Assembly (NCBI RefSeq): GCF_023055435.1
Contig: NW_025964212.1
Span: 1,922,001-1,986,000 of the forward strand
Reading direction: 5' to 3'
From: Haliotis rufescens
Lineage: Eukaryota
DNA length: 64,000 bases
Below the pieces are notes generated by a model. That model worked only from the letters and a program-made list of their open reading frames with translations. It made no database searches and had not been told where the DNA came from. Every line of letters begins with the position of its first letter. Positions within the stretch are counted from its first letter, which is position 1. Made by a program: the position numbers and the translations under genes. Shown here piece after piece: positions 34,601 to 46,240 of the stretch.

Positions 34601-37521
34601 GCATATAATACGGGCATTGAATTTGTGGAGCACAGCTACATGTACTTCGAAAGAACACATGAAGTTGGCACCCTATACAAAAGAAACATTAGCAAATCGT
34701 GTTAGGTTCTACACCCCACGTCACTATTATGACGTCACATCGAAGATTGTTGTGACGCAAAATATATGAGTCACAGTGGTCTGTAGAAAAGAACAAAATT
34801 TCAGGCTCCATCATAATACAGATGGTGTTCACATGGTCAAAAAATATATAAGGTATTAAATTAGCTGAATTAGGTAATTGCGCAAAACCTTAAAAACACC
34901 AACATGAAATCTTTCGAGGACGCGCTTATTAAGGATGTCTGCATCGAAATCAATTAATTTTGAAGGATAAGTATTTTCCTTTCAAAATAATAAACTCTAA
35001 CTGCCCAAAATGAAATGCAGAAGAGTTCCTGTACATTTTACCGCTTTAGGTGCACTTCAACCAAGTCAGCGAGCCTGACCACCCGATCCCGTTAGTTGCC
35101 TCTTACGACAAGCATAGTCGCCTTTTACGGCAAGCAAGAAGACCTATTCTACCCCAAATCCAGTATGTGTAATAAATATTCGGGACATTAAGTAATGCAC
35201 ATTAAAAGTAAGTGACCCTGTATATAAAATTTTATACATTTTGTACACAATAATAGAATAGGTCATACCAAAGGATGTGCCGGATTCTACTTGAGTGTTT
35301 TCCCCAAGAAGAACAGTGTTTGTTGTGATTAATGACATTCCTTATGCCAGTAAATGCACGACAATATTCATGAAAGTTTCAACTTGTCTCAAAAAAAGTC
35401 GATAATACCCATAACGAATAGCAAGAGACAAACCACCTGAGAACATATATGGTAGTACAAATAGTTAGACATTTGGTAACACAATATGGACATGGATTCG
35501 GATATTGTGTTGGAGCAAATAAAATCGAAGCTCTATATGCATAATCGAAATATATCACTATCAAATAGTGATGATCCCAGGTGTTCGCGAAATGGTTCAC
35601 TCATCCTGCCCCATGAGCCACAGCCGTCATAAAGCTTGAATATTGCTGAGTTCGGCGTTAAACAACAAACAAACCCATGAGCCACACCCGTCACAAACAC
35701 ATGCAAAGGCATGTCAAGCGGTCACCGAAAAATATGGTACAAGTCAAAATTGAGAATTTGCATCAAATTTGGAACATTTCTGCCATAACGCTTATGTCAT
35801 CTCTTACGACCAGCATAATTATATGTCCAGGACGTATTCAAATCCGAAAAACCAATTGGGCGTGTGGTCGGGCTCTTAATTACATTAAGCTCCACTGGTT
35901 ATATTTCAAAGCAAACATACCGTCGGTAACTCACGACACAACGCAGACTCACGGTGCCTACCTTCCAAAAGGACCCAAGCAGCCTGAGGCGGAGTCCCTC
36001 CTACGTCAACTATATTAACAGCAATAGGAACAGCACCATCATACAGCGTTGCTAAGAATCTCAGGTCTGTCCTCTCGCAGGAAAATATAGTCACATCTCC
36101 CTCTTTGTCTATTTCCAATCCTGAACAAGGTCCTCCATTCACGGACACCATTGACACGTCCAGCGCCCTGACCTTGACATTTGCGCCTTCCGGTCCAGTG
36201 ACGTCACATCCGTATACATTTGCTGTTCCTTGTTTCGTCTTGGTGATGGGAATCCGATAGAGTAGATACACTAAGTTGTTGGTGATCTGTGTCTCGACAT
36301 CATAACCGATGATGAGAGTATCTGGATAAATAGACAAAATATGTTGTGCTGAGATTCGGTCTTCAGAGAATTGCCTCGGGGAATACACGTTCAAATATTA
36401 ATGGTGTTTATACATTAACAGTAGTTCGAACATTTTGTGGAAATGTATCTTAATACATCTCTGTACGACGAAGCATACAGACGTTGAACAGGTTCATTTG
36501 GATGCAGGGAAATGATATCTTGTTTCAGATACTCGATCCACAAAACGACAAGAATTAAAATAGTATTGATTTTAAGGCGATCTAAAGTAAACGGTGTCGA
36601 TCATTTAATATTCTGTTGGGATAATGGGGCCTGGGTCATTGTTTGTGGAGACAATGTTTCTTGGTACATGTAATTGTTTCCAGGCATACAAAACGTTTTC
36701 TCCTAATGTATGGTCGAACAATTACATGTTTTTTGTTTGTTTTTTTCCAGGACATCAAACATGGCCAGAGAACAATTATTCAGAAACTGTGACAAAGTAA
36801 TTATGCCATTATGAATACATTTTGTGCTCAATAATAGTCGAAGTCACACAGAAGGATATTCTGGATTCTGCAACAATTAGTTCAGGAAGTGCAGTGTTTG
36901 TTATCGTTGTTGACGCTTGCCGTTTAAATATCGAATGATGGTCGATGCCAAAACCAATAATAATTATTTTGTATCAGAATTAGTCTTCAGCAACCCATGT
37001 TTGTCGTAAGAGGCGACTAACGGGATCGATGGTCAGGCTCGCTGACTTGGTTGTGTCATGTCATCAAAATGCTTTTGATCTTACCTAAAAACCTTAACTA
37101 AAAATCTTAACTAAAAATCTTAACTAAAAATCTTAACTAAAAATCTTACCTAACACACAACGATGAGACACCACAGAGAATGTTGACACAGGAAGTTTCA
37201 GTTGACCACAGTTCTGGTTCTTTTGTGGCGTCATATGGTCACAGGAGCGAGACCCTAAACACGAACGAAGAAGCCTGTCTGCATCAACCCCGGTGTAAGG
37301 CTTGTAACACTGGCGTCCAGTGCGCTTGCAGCAGGCATTGATGTAGCGGTCACTACAAGAGGACAGCTTGCCTCTGGTGCAGGTCGTGGTTCTGGACTGA
37401 TGAGCGTAGAGGGCATCGGTCACTACCACAGTGTGACCTACTGGACAGGACATAGTGTGTTGACCACATCTATTGACATTGCTGTAACACGCGCTTGTTT
37501 CTGTGTCCTTGCCGTGGGATA
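25644..37521 (-). CDS. Receptor C: paralogous type I membrane protein, SUEL-like + CUB-like + Ser/Thr/Pro mucin stalk + TM + cytoplasmic tail; signal-peptide exon not located
   Basis: Exons 37521-37150 (12-Cys domain), 36321-35962 (alternative in-frame donor at 35953), 34021-33839 (GRGNITVDCG + Thr/Ser stalk), 28638-28438 (S/P/T/E stalk), 27384-27276 (TM YGGVATGLLLLILIIIVIVAVLCY then RRR), 26046-25644 (ends DFYDNPGFKTTVESLKIF*). Phases 1-1-1-1-2 are consistent; same Cys pattern and ALDV / W-x3-E motifs as receptor B. Confidence 0.8.
28989..29151 (+). mobile_element. SINE family A copy with TSD
   Basis: Flanked by AGGATTAACGTTTA (28975-28988 and 29152-29165). Confidence 0.85.
30553..32811. 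repeat. 161-162-bp satellite array, ~14 copies
   Basis: The unit start GAATATCATTTT(A)TTTTGATGTGTTAAAC recurs at 30711, 30873, 31035, 31197 and onward. Confidence 0.95.
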
Positions 37522-39439
37522 CTGCAACACAAACTTAACATGCTTCAAAAGGCAAACATATTTCTAAAGGGTGTTATATATGTGTGGTTGAAAAAGCGTT
37601 CAAGCAGACATTTTTTTATATAGTGTATTATATATCACATCATAATATCATAATGAAATGTGGATCACGATCGCCGTTTGGCTGTGACAGAGTGAGTTTG
37701 GTTAAACACCTCTTTGAAAAGCATTTCAGTTAGACCTGCATCACTTCGGGCTTTCCTCCCACATTAAGCTGACACGCCCTGATATAACACTCACACTCAT
37801 CACGGCGTGTTAGCGTGCTGTCGGGGGTAAGAACAAAGGTTTGCAGATTGCGAGTAGACGACGTGGAAACCAACAAGAACATGATGACTGACCAAATAGA
37901 GGAATCGATGTGAATCTGGATTTCGAACTCATGACTCGTTCCCCTCTGACGGCGTTGGAGTTGTAGGTCTATGCACCTTGTAGAACTCATGCCCAGTAGA
38001 TTCTGTCATGGTTTAAGAAATAACTCCACACAGCGAATAGCCATTCCATTGACCAGTAGGCCGCCTGTTCCCCCATGGGGCATTGTGTAAGAATTGCCGT
38101 TTTTATGTCGTTATAATCAGTAACATTATATTATACCATATAAAGGTGGGGACCTACACTGATCCATCTGGGACAAGTCAAAAGCACCAAAGGCTCTCAA
38201 CCTGAAGGTTCAGAACGTCAAGACCTGAGAATAATCAGTCTCGATTATCAAATTTCACTGGGCCTAAAAGGCAAAATAACGATTAAAATCATACGGATGG
38301 ATCACTGAAAATCAGTGATGACACCAGGTGTTCGCGAAAAGGGTCCTGCTCGAGCTCTATCGGTGGAACCCGTCACTCGCACAATTTTCATAAAATAACT
38401 GTTTGTTTGTTGCCTAACTAATCACATCACAGATGTTATAGTTCTCAGGAACTTGTTTGAAAAGATATAGTTTCATATTTCTGAAACGAAACTTGAATAT
38501 GGTGAACGAAAGACATTGGCTAAAGTAACATCTCATTGTGCGACCTAGATGCTTAAATGAACTTGAATATTGACGGCAAACATAGAGCGATTCTTTATCG
38601 CAGCTGCCTATCTGAGCATATACTCACTCTGGAAAAGAACTGCGAAGCTCAAACACAGGTATCCACACCAAAGCACATCTTTCAAGGTATTACATTCCAT
38701 TTTTCTGAACAAGAAACACTTGTAAATAATCCGAGATTCTATTTCCAGGTCACAAGCACCCCAGTGAAGTATATCAGGGCGTGTTAAAGTGACTGCAGCA
38801 TATATATCCTCGCACCCAGCTGATGACCTGGATAGTGACAGTGTTAGTACCTCGGAAGGCATTGCGCGACGGTACAACCATCACTCCGATCCCGTCAACT
38901 TTTGACCTATAACTTACAGATTACGAAGGGGAAGCTCAGCCTAAATAGACTTAAATTGTCTGAAATGTATCTGTTCCGTATGTGAACACCCAATGCACCG
39001 TCTAATTTAGAACGATTGAGCGGATGCCATCATTCCAATTACAGCTTTTGGTGTTTGACTCTACACTCTACATTTGTATGAACGTCAACTATCCGAAAAC
39101 GCTTTTCGTGTCGAGACGAGCAGAGTGTCAAATATATTGACCACTGACAAAAGATTTATGTGTGTAAAAGCAAATAAATACAAGAATCAATTGAAAACGG
39201 TTGGTTTTACAACAAACATGATTTAAGAACATGAATATCAAACTCGCTGCCAAAAGAAATTTTACAAATTTAAAATGAAATTGCAAAAACTTAAAAACAT
39301 AAATTCAAACTAAATCAATGCAAAACACATCATCCAAACACAATAATGCTCTATGCAGAAAGTGATATACATCCACGGCACGTTTTTTTCGTGTGTAGAA
39401 AATGCGAAATTGTGAACAACACGTGTCGCTTGGTCAGTA

Positions 39440-40210
39440 GAAACTACACGTGCAATATGGGTATATAAAGGAACGGCATGTCAGAGACTCACTGATGAAA
39501 AACTCACCACAGAATTGGCACAACTGATGCCCGAACAACGCGAGCGGGCCCTGGGAATGATACAGATTGGAGCTTGCAATGCCCACATACACACCCAGGG
39601 TAACTACGCCCAATGAAGACCCGTACTTAAGTACTTTGCATGTCTGGAATCGATTCCTGACATCAACGTCATCAGCAACGAATGCCTTCGATTCAGGGCT
39701 CAAGGAATTGTGGCTCACATACCTTACATATGACGGTTATTGACACGGGAACATCGTCGTCAGAGATTGAGATGGGCCTGGAGAGATGACTGACTGATGA
39801 AAGCCGGTTTCTGTCTGCTCAGAGCGTGTTTACCGCCGAAAGGGAGAACGAAAGGCGGTGTGTTGCGTTCAGGAGGTCGTGTCGTATGGTGGAGGGGGTG
39901 TTATGGTGTGGGAAAGAATTTGTGGGCAGGAGAGAACACCACTGGTCATCGTTACTGAGAATTTGACAGCTCCGAATTACATGGATGACATTCTTCGTCC
40001 GATTGTCCTGCCATTTCTACAACGGCTTCCACGTGGTATCTTTTATCAGCATGACAAGCCAGACCTCGAATCGTACAGAACGTCAACGTGTTGCCGTGGC
40101 CTGTTACCCCCCCCCCCCCCCCCCCCCCCCCCCGACATATCCCCCCATAGAACAGAACAGCTCTAGGATGTCATGGATCGTCGTGTCCATTACGTTGAAA
40201 GATTGTTTGT
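39440..40210 (+). pseudogene. Degenerate Tc1/mariner transposase
   Basis: Frameshifted pieces: QRERALGMIQ (HTH), HRRQRLRWA, DESRFCL, VYRRKGER, GGGGVMVW..ICGQERTPLVIV..NLTA..YMDDILRPIVLPF..FYQHD (Tc1 DDE motifs). Confidence 0.85.
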
Positions 40211-40819
40211 GATACCCCACCTCAATTCGGGCAACTGTCATGCCAATATCGGATGCTGTATGACTGTCATTTTAAATGTTGATTTCGTTGAGATTTTCAT
40301 TACATTTTACTTCATCTGTCTGTCTGTCTGTCTACTGTGGTTTTTAAACTAGTGTGTTTAATAACTATATGGTATAAGTTTGGCCCTCAGTTTATGTATT
40401 GTAAGCAGCGCTTACACATATCAAACCAGCGAACAGTGACGGTATCTGAAAAGATAAAAAGTGTATAGAAAAGAGTTTAACAGTTTTTTTTATTTATTTG
40501 TTGAGTAATTGCGTTGTGGGAAATTCTATGATACTGAGTTTGCACTTCAAATTTTAGGTAGCATTGTAATCAAAATTCCAAGAGTGATTATGTTGAATTA
40601 TTGGATCGTGAATTAATTAAGTTACAATCCAACCCTCCTGGTTCCCAAATTAAAACATGCAAATATGATTGGATATACTGCTCTATTGTAAACAATGGTC
40701 GGACAGCCAAGGGGTAATAACATTCTCCTGCCACACTGAAGACTCAGGTTCGAATCCCCAAATGACACACTGTGTGAAGCCATTCCTTGTGTTCCATTCA
40801 CTCAAATTCCAGTAGCTGA

Positions 40820-41010
40820 CAGTCAAGTCTCGTTACTCCGACACTCGTTAATCCGACAATCGGCTTTATCCGACACTAAGGATGGGAACCGATTAAATCC
40901 GTGCTATTTAGACCCGTTAATCCGACAGTCTCGCACTCCGACTCCGACACACCTAATTTGCAACGAATTATCGAAATCACTCATTAATCAGTCTCGTTAA
41001 TCCGACACAG
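40820..41010 (+). mobile_element. Pogo-like MITE fragment
   Basis: CAGTCAAGTCTCGTTACTCCGACACTCGTTAATCCGAC with repeated TAATCCGACA subunits. Confidence 0.5.
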
Positions 41011-42178
41011 TGATCAGCGTACTCCGTGGTCATCTGCCCGCGAGTACACAGCCAGTGTTTTGATGCAAGACGAGTCGGCTGGTAGCTGCATATTACAACG
41101 GCTGCAGAGATAAACTTGCTTAGCAATAAACAATTAATGCTTTAAATAAAGAACTACACAAGGTAGACAATCTGTGGTATCGATACACGTAATTCATGAA
41201 AATAAAATCTGACAAATGTGATTGACATTACGTGCTTGTAATATCAAAACGCTATACGTTACAGGAATAAAAACAACACAAACATGAACATGATTTATTC
41301 AGGTGCATGATGTTTGTTTATTTATTGGTTTAACGCCGCACTTAACACGGCAATATTTCATCTATATGACGGCGGTCTGTAAATAATAGAGTCTGGACCA
41401 GATAATCCAGTGATGTACATCATGAGCATCGATCCACGCAATTGGGATACGGTGACATGCACCAACCAAGTCATCGAGCCCGACCACCCCATGCCGTTAG
41501 TCGCCTCTTACGACAAGCATAGTCGCCTTTTACGGCAAGTAAGGGTTGCCGAAGTCCTATTCTACCGGGAATAGTGACATAAAATGACAACTATTGGTAT
41601 ACATCCTACATCCTACATCCTACATCCTACATCTCCGTGGGGTGTTATACCCCGGATCTTCACGGGTCTCAGGAGAAGACCTATTCTACCGGGAATAATG
41701 ACATAAAATGACTACTATTGGTATACATCCTACATCCTACATCCTACTTCCTACATCCTTCATCCTACATCCTACATCTCCGTGGGGTGTTATACCCCGG
41801 ATCTTCACGGGACCTATTCTACCGGGAATAATGACATAAAATGACTACTATTGGTATACATCCTACATCCTACATCCTACATCTCCGTGGGGTGTTATAC
41901 CCCGGATCTTCACGGGTCTCAGGAGAATGAAACGTCCAGCTTGTACTTTTACATTCATGAGCGGTCTGCGGTCTGTCAAACCATGTAATTGCATGTTTCG
42001 GAGCAGTCACTTAAGGTCATAGAGACATCTGTGAAAAGAAAAATCATACGTTCATAAAGTGGTAGATGACAATTACGAAATATGTATCTGGATAATTGGA
42101 GTTTAATTGAATTTTTGGTTTTTCAAAAGTGATTTTGAAGTAGAAGTGTGTTTAATGCCGTCACTGCTCCTAGTATTA

Positions 42179-42520
42179 GACCGTTTCCGTGGTCAAGTGG
42201 TAGAGCGTCCACCCGGAGAGCGGAAGGTCCGGGGTTCGCTCCCCGACCGCGTCAAACCAAAAGATGGTACTTGTTATTACCCTGTCAGGCGCTCGGCATT
42301 AAGGGGAAAAAACAAGGACAGGTCGGCTTTGAGTCAGTATACTGTGTCTGAGTGGGGTATTCATGTTAAACTGCGGCCTGGTATCTCAGTGGACAAGCAC
42401 TATAAATCGGCATCAGTCCAGACCAGTACATGCAGTCACACGCACGCACGCACGCACACGCACGCATGCACACACACACGCACACGCACGCACACATACA
42501 CACACACACATGCAGGTCGC
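42179..42520 (+). mobile_element. tRNA-headed SINE family D (Meta-domain-like) with an internal (CA)n microsatellite
   Basis: A/B boxes (TGGTCAAGTGGTAGAGC...GGTTCGCTCC), then GTCAAACCAAAAGATGGTACTTGTTATTACCCTGTCAGGCGCTCGGCATTAAGGG, which resembles the MetaSINE central domain as I recall it. Other copies at ~1335-1620, ~15200-15510, ~48560-48842, ~55223-55640, ~61285-61670. Confidence 0.75.
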
Positions 42521-43064
42521 ATCACAGTGTCAGCACAAAAAAGCGAGGAAGCTCGTCATTCTTGTTTGTTTTATGTGACCTATATACGAAACACGCTGCC
42601 ACGTATCCTTGATTTATTTTGTTTTTCTACCTTCGCTGAATAAGCGGAATAAAAGATACAGAGTGACGTGCCCTTTATCCACATGGACGTGAGTTTGCGA
42701 ACAGCTCAATAATACTTCGTATTTGTGTAATTTATATGCGAATTTGAGACTGAAACCTACTCATTTTGAAACCTGGTGACGTAGTCATTGTGAAGTAACG
42801 AAGCATGGTATCAATCGAGGTGTACAGGGCCAGGATCGGGTCGTCCTCCCACCCGAGGGCACCCGCCAAATCAAGCTCAACAATGCCACTTACTCACCGT
42901 ACACATCAGGATCGGATATACCACTCAGATGCTTGTTGTGCTCTTTTCTTCTGACGATCCAGGTGCTGTGCTCATTTGGCATTATCAGTATTCTAGAAAA
43001 TTAACTAGATTTCACTAATTTAATACCGGCAGAAAAATAATTCAGTAGCGTATGTTCCATTGTC

Positions 43065-43255
43065 TCGGAATCTTCCAAACACAGACATCCTGTGTTCCTG
43101 TCCGGTGGTAAATATGTTTGCCACAAAGATCAAGTTCAACCTGTCTGTTTGGTCTCGGTAGAAGTGCAGTGCCATCGAATTGTTCAGGCGGCGTTGACCC
43201 ATTGTTGATCTCAGGTAGTTTTTCACCCTCCTCACACTGCTGAATAGCCTTCCAT
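43065..43255 (-). pseudogene. hAT transposase C-terminal dimerisation-domain remnant
   Basis: FSSVRRVKNYLRSTMGQRRLNNSMALH..DRLNLIFVANIF..R..VFG matches the hATC motif (FSxLRRxKTYLRSTMxQxRLN). Confidence 0.8.
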
Positions 43256-43363
43256 TAAATTTGATTACCACCACTTCGTCCCTGAACAGCGGGGATCCAG
43301 TGTAAGAGACGAGTGTCATGATGGTTTCTTGTTTTTGTGTTGGAAATGCTCACCCTCAGAGTT

Positions 43364-43899
43364 TTCCCGAGGCAAGTGAGTTAACTGACTATAAAAGTCC
43401 AGTTTCCACCCTTGCCGAACTAGGCTGGTATTATGGAGTTATATTTTGGCTGGACTAACGAGTCTATGCATAGTCCAATCAAAATCGCGCACCGAAATCG
43501 AAATCCGGTTCGTAGAGTGTCATGCAGATTTCGGTCGACTGCAGGATTTGCAAAGCATGTGCACCGCTAACTCGTTGTCAACAGATATTTTCTAAATCTT
43601 TTCATGTTTTTAATCAAGGTGCTCACGTGATTTGATGCACTTCGCGATGTAAGACTCGTTTAACACAAAATAGATCTTGATTATCGATCAGATCGTCTTG
43701 ACTGGGCGCCACCGTTTTGTTTGAAACAAATGCAAGTGATACGAGAGGTTGAATCTGATTGGTCAATAGGAGAGGCATAGAAAGGACATAACTCGTTATA
43801 GCCACTGGTGGCGCTACGATCGAGCCCAGGAATTCCAGCCTAGTTCGGCAAGGGTGGAAACTGGACTTTCAAAGTCAGTTAACTCTCTTGCCTCGGGAA
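43364..43899. mobile_element. MITE with ~65-bp terminal inverted repeats
   Basis: TTCCCGAGGCAAGTGAGTTAACTGACTATAAAAGTCCAGTTTCCACCCTTGCCGAACTAGGCTGG ... CCAGCCTAGTTCGGCAAGGGTGGAAACTGGACTTTCAAAGTCAGTTAACTCTCTTGCCTCGGGAA. Confidence 0.85.
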
Positions 43900-45320
43900 G
43901 ATGAAAGAAGACTGAATCACCTTTCAAGTAATTTAATCATATTAAAATTGTTCAAATAATTCCAAATACAGTAATTTGTGTTGTCGGGGGACTGTGGCAT
44001 CACTTTGATGTGGCATTTCATTCTGATAAATGTAATGTTTCGAACAATTTAATAATTATATAATTCATTTGGCTCATTAATGATGTTTTCATTGTACCTC
44101 GCGAATCACCTTGTGTTAAAGTCTATTTAAGGCATGCATTTTCAAATTATATGCATGTCCAAGCACAGATCAGTTGAAAGGAATTTGTAAACTTGACTTG
44201 CATCACATTTGTTTTTGTTGTCATTAGTGTAACATTGTTGTCTATCACATGTGCACCGATTCAACAGATTTTGTTTGTTAGATGCATAAAGATTGTTAAT
44301 TTGTTTTCTTGGGCACGTGTAGACTAACATTTAGTCTCTGAAATCTTATATTACACAATATCCTTCTTGACTCTACAAATAAAAAAAATTCCCTATGCTG
44401 TGGAATAGAGCTAGCTTGAGATGGCTAGACTTGCTTTTTGCTTTTTCTAGATTATTATTTTTTCATAAAATAAATATATTCCACGGTCATGGTGCAGGAC
44501 TAGCTTCTCTGCAGAGGGAGCTGTTACCATATTAATCCATCAATATTCAAAATATGTCAATGGTTTATCGGTTAGTGGTGTAATGTTACACTTATGACAA
44601 ATGTTCTAACACCATTCCCCATAACATGATGAATACCATGCAAACATGGTCATTGGACGAAACAATGACTCTTTTGTACGCTTTCTAACGTCGTTATTTG
44701 ACATCAGAATGTACGGCGAGAGAACGATGCGATCAATCTCCTCCCTTTTCTTGATTGACATTGTCAATCAAGCAATAGTGTCTACCGGCTGCTCTATTTC
44801 TCAGATATGATTGGTCAGCTTTCGCGTATTTGGTTACAGACCTGAGTTTGACTGAAGTGCTGAATTCAACCGTTCTTTGCATGCGGATTGTTTAAATGCC
44901 TTGTCCATTTTTTTTCGTTCTATGCATGCGCGATTTCGCGGATCGTTTACTAGATTTATTAGCGTCACTATTTGATAGTAATTTATAAGCACATGCTCTT
45001 GATGTGGTCGGAATCGTACGGTCGACTAAGCTTTTGGAAAGGGTTTTGTCGCTTTTGTTTACAGCACGTACATGATCGGACGCTGCTGTAACCTTTCAAG
45101 CGCATTTTCAACTAACTCACACAATGATAACGGTGGGAATTTGAGTCAAAATAATAAGAAAAGTGCACCGCTGAGGTACTGCTAAAGTATATAAATGGAT
45201 TATTACTTTTGCAGTCACACAATAAAAAAATTAGGAAACTTATATCAAACTGAAACTGAATAATTTGCTGGCTTTCACAACTCATCTTTTTAGAAGGTTG
45301 CCTTGGTATACATTTCCAGA

Positions 45321-45322
<2 letters not shown>

Positions 45323-45403
<81 letters not shown>
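45323..45403. repeat. (TA)n microsatellite
   Basis: Visible directly. Confidence 0.95.
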
Positions 45404-45407
<4 letters not shown>

Positions 45408-45469
45408 TTTCTGATATAACTTGGAATATTCTTTTTTATTCATAATTTTAAGGTACTTGCGCCATCTAA

Positions 45470-45720
45470 TGATTTGGGTGGAACATCAGATGGATTATTT
45501 GCTGTTAGGATTGAAAATGATCGCCTCCAGACAAGTCTTTGTGAACCGACCATGTAAATTCATTAAATAGATTGGTGAAAAATCAACAGCGGAATAGGTG
45601 TTAGTAGCAGGATGTGGATATGTACTTGATCCATCATTGAAAATGCATAAGTTGTTAGCGGAAATGAAATCTTGTATGAATGTCAACACCTCCCCATGGC
45701 CATGATATTGGATTTCCAAC
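45470..45720 (-). pseudogene. Non-LTR retrotransposon endonuclease (EEP) fragment
   Basis: IQDFISANNLCIFNDGSSTYPHPATNTYSAVDFS resembles the I/Nimb-clade APE motif LxxLNDGSxTYxHPxTGxxSxIDLS; frameshifted. Confidence 0.7.
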
Positions 45721-46240
45721 TGCCAGCTCCAAGAATACTGGGATGTACACTACATGCACAATATTACTCTCAAATAATTAAAAGCAACAAAACCCTTTCC
45801 CTAATCAGGAGAACTTAACTTAGTCCACTGTACACTTCAGGCTATATCGTAAGTATGCGTTTGTGGCCCCACCTGTGGCACCCGTCACAACCACAGGCAA
45901 AGGTAAGTCATGTTCACCTGAACAAAAACGGGAACAAATGGGACAAGTCACAGTGAAGAATCGCATGAAAGTGAATCGCATCAGACTTCATAAATATTCG
46001 TCACTGATGCGTCAAATTTGAAAAGGTCCAGCATGTCCACATAAACCGTTTTAATAACTTTCACTTAGGTTTTGAATATTGGGAACATGATCAAAAGTAA
46101 CCAATCGCGACTATTGCAGAGAATGCAGAAATTAATTAAAAGAGAACAAAATCCAAGTTGCTGCACAATATTTATTGATGTGAATAGGCCATCAAGTTTA
46201 CATTCATCAACTATCTATATCGTCATATAATCAGTCAGTC

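Noticed and set aside
37600-45300. Search for the signal-peptide exon of receptor C (candidates near 42900 and 45120)
   Set aside because: Candidates had stops, no ATG or the wrong phase; the first exon is left unassigned.
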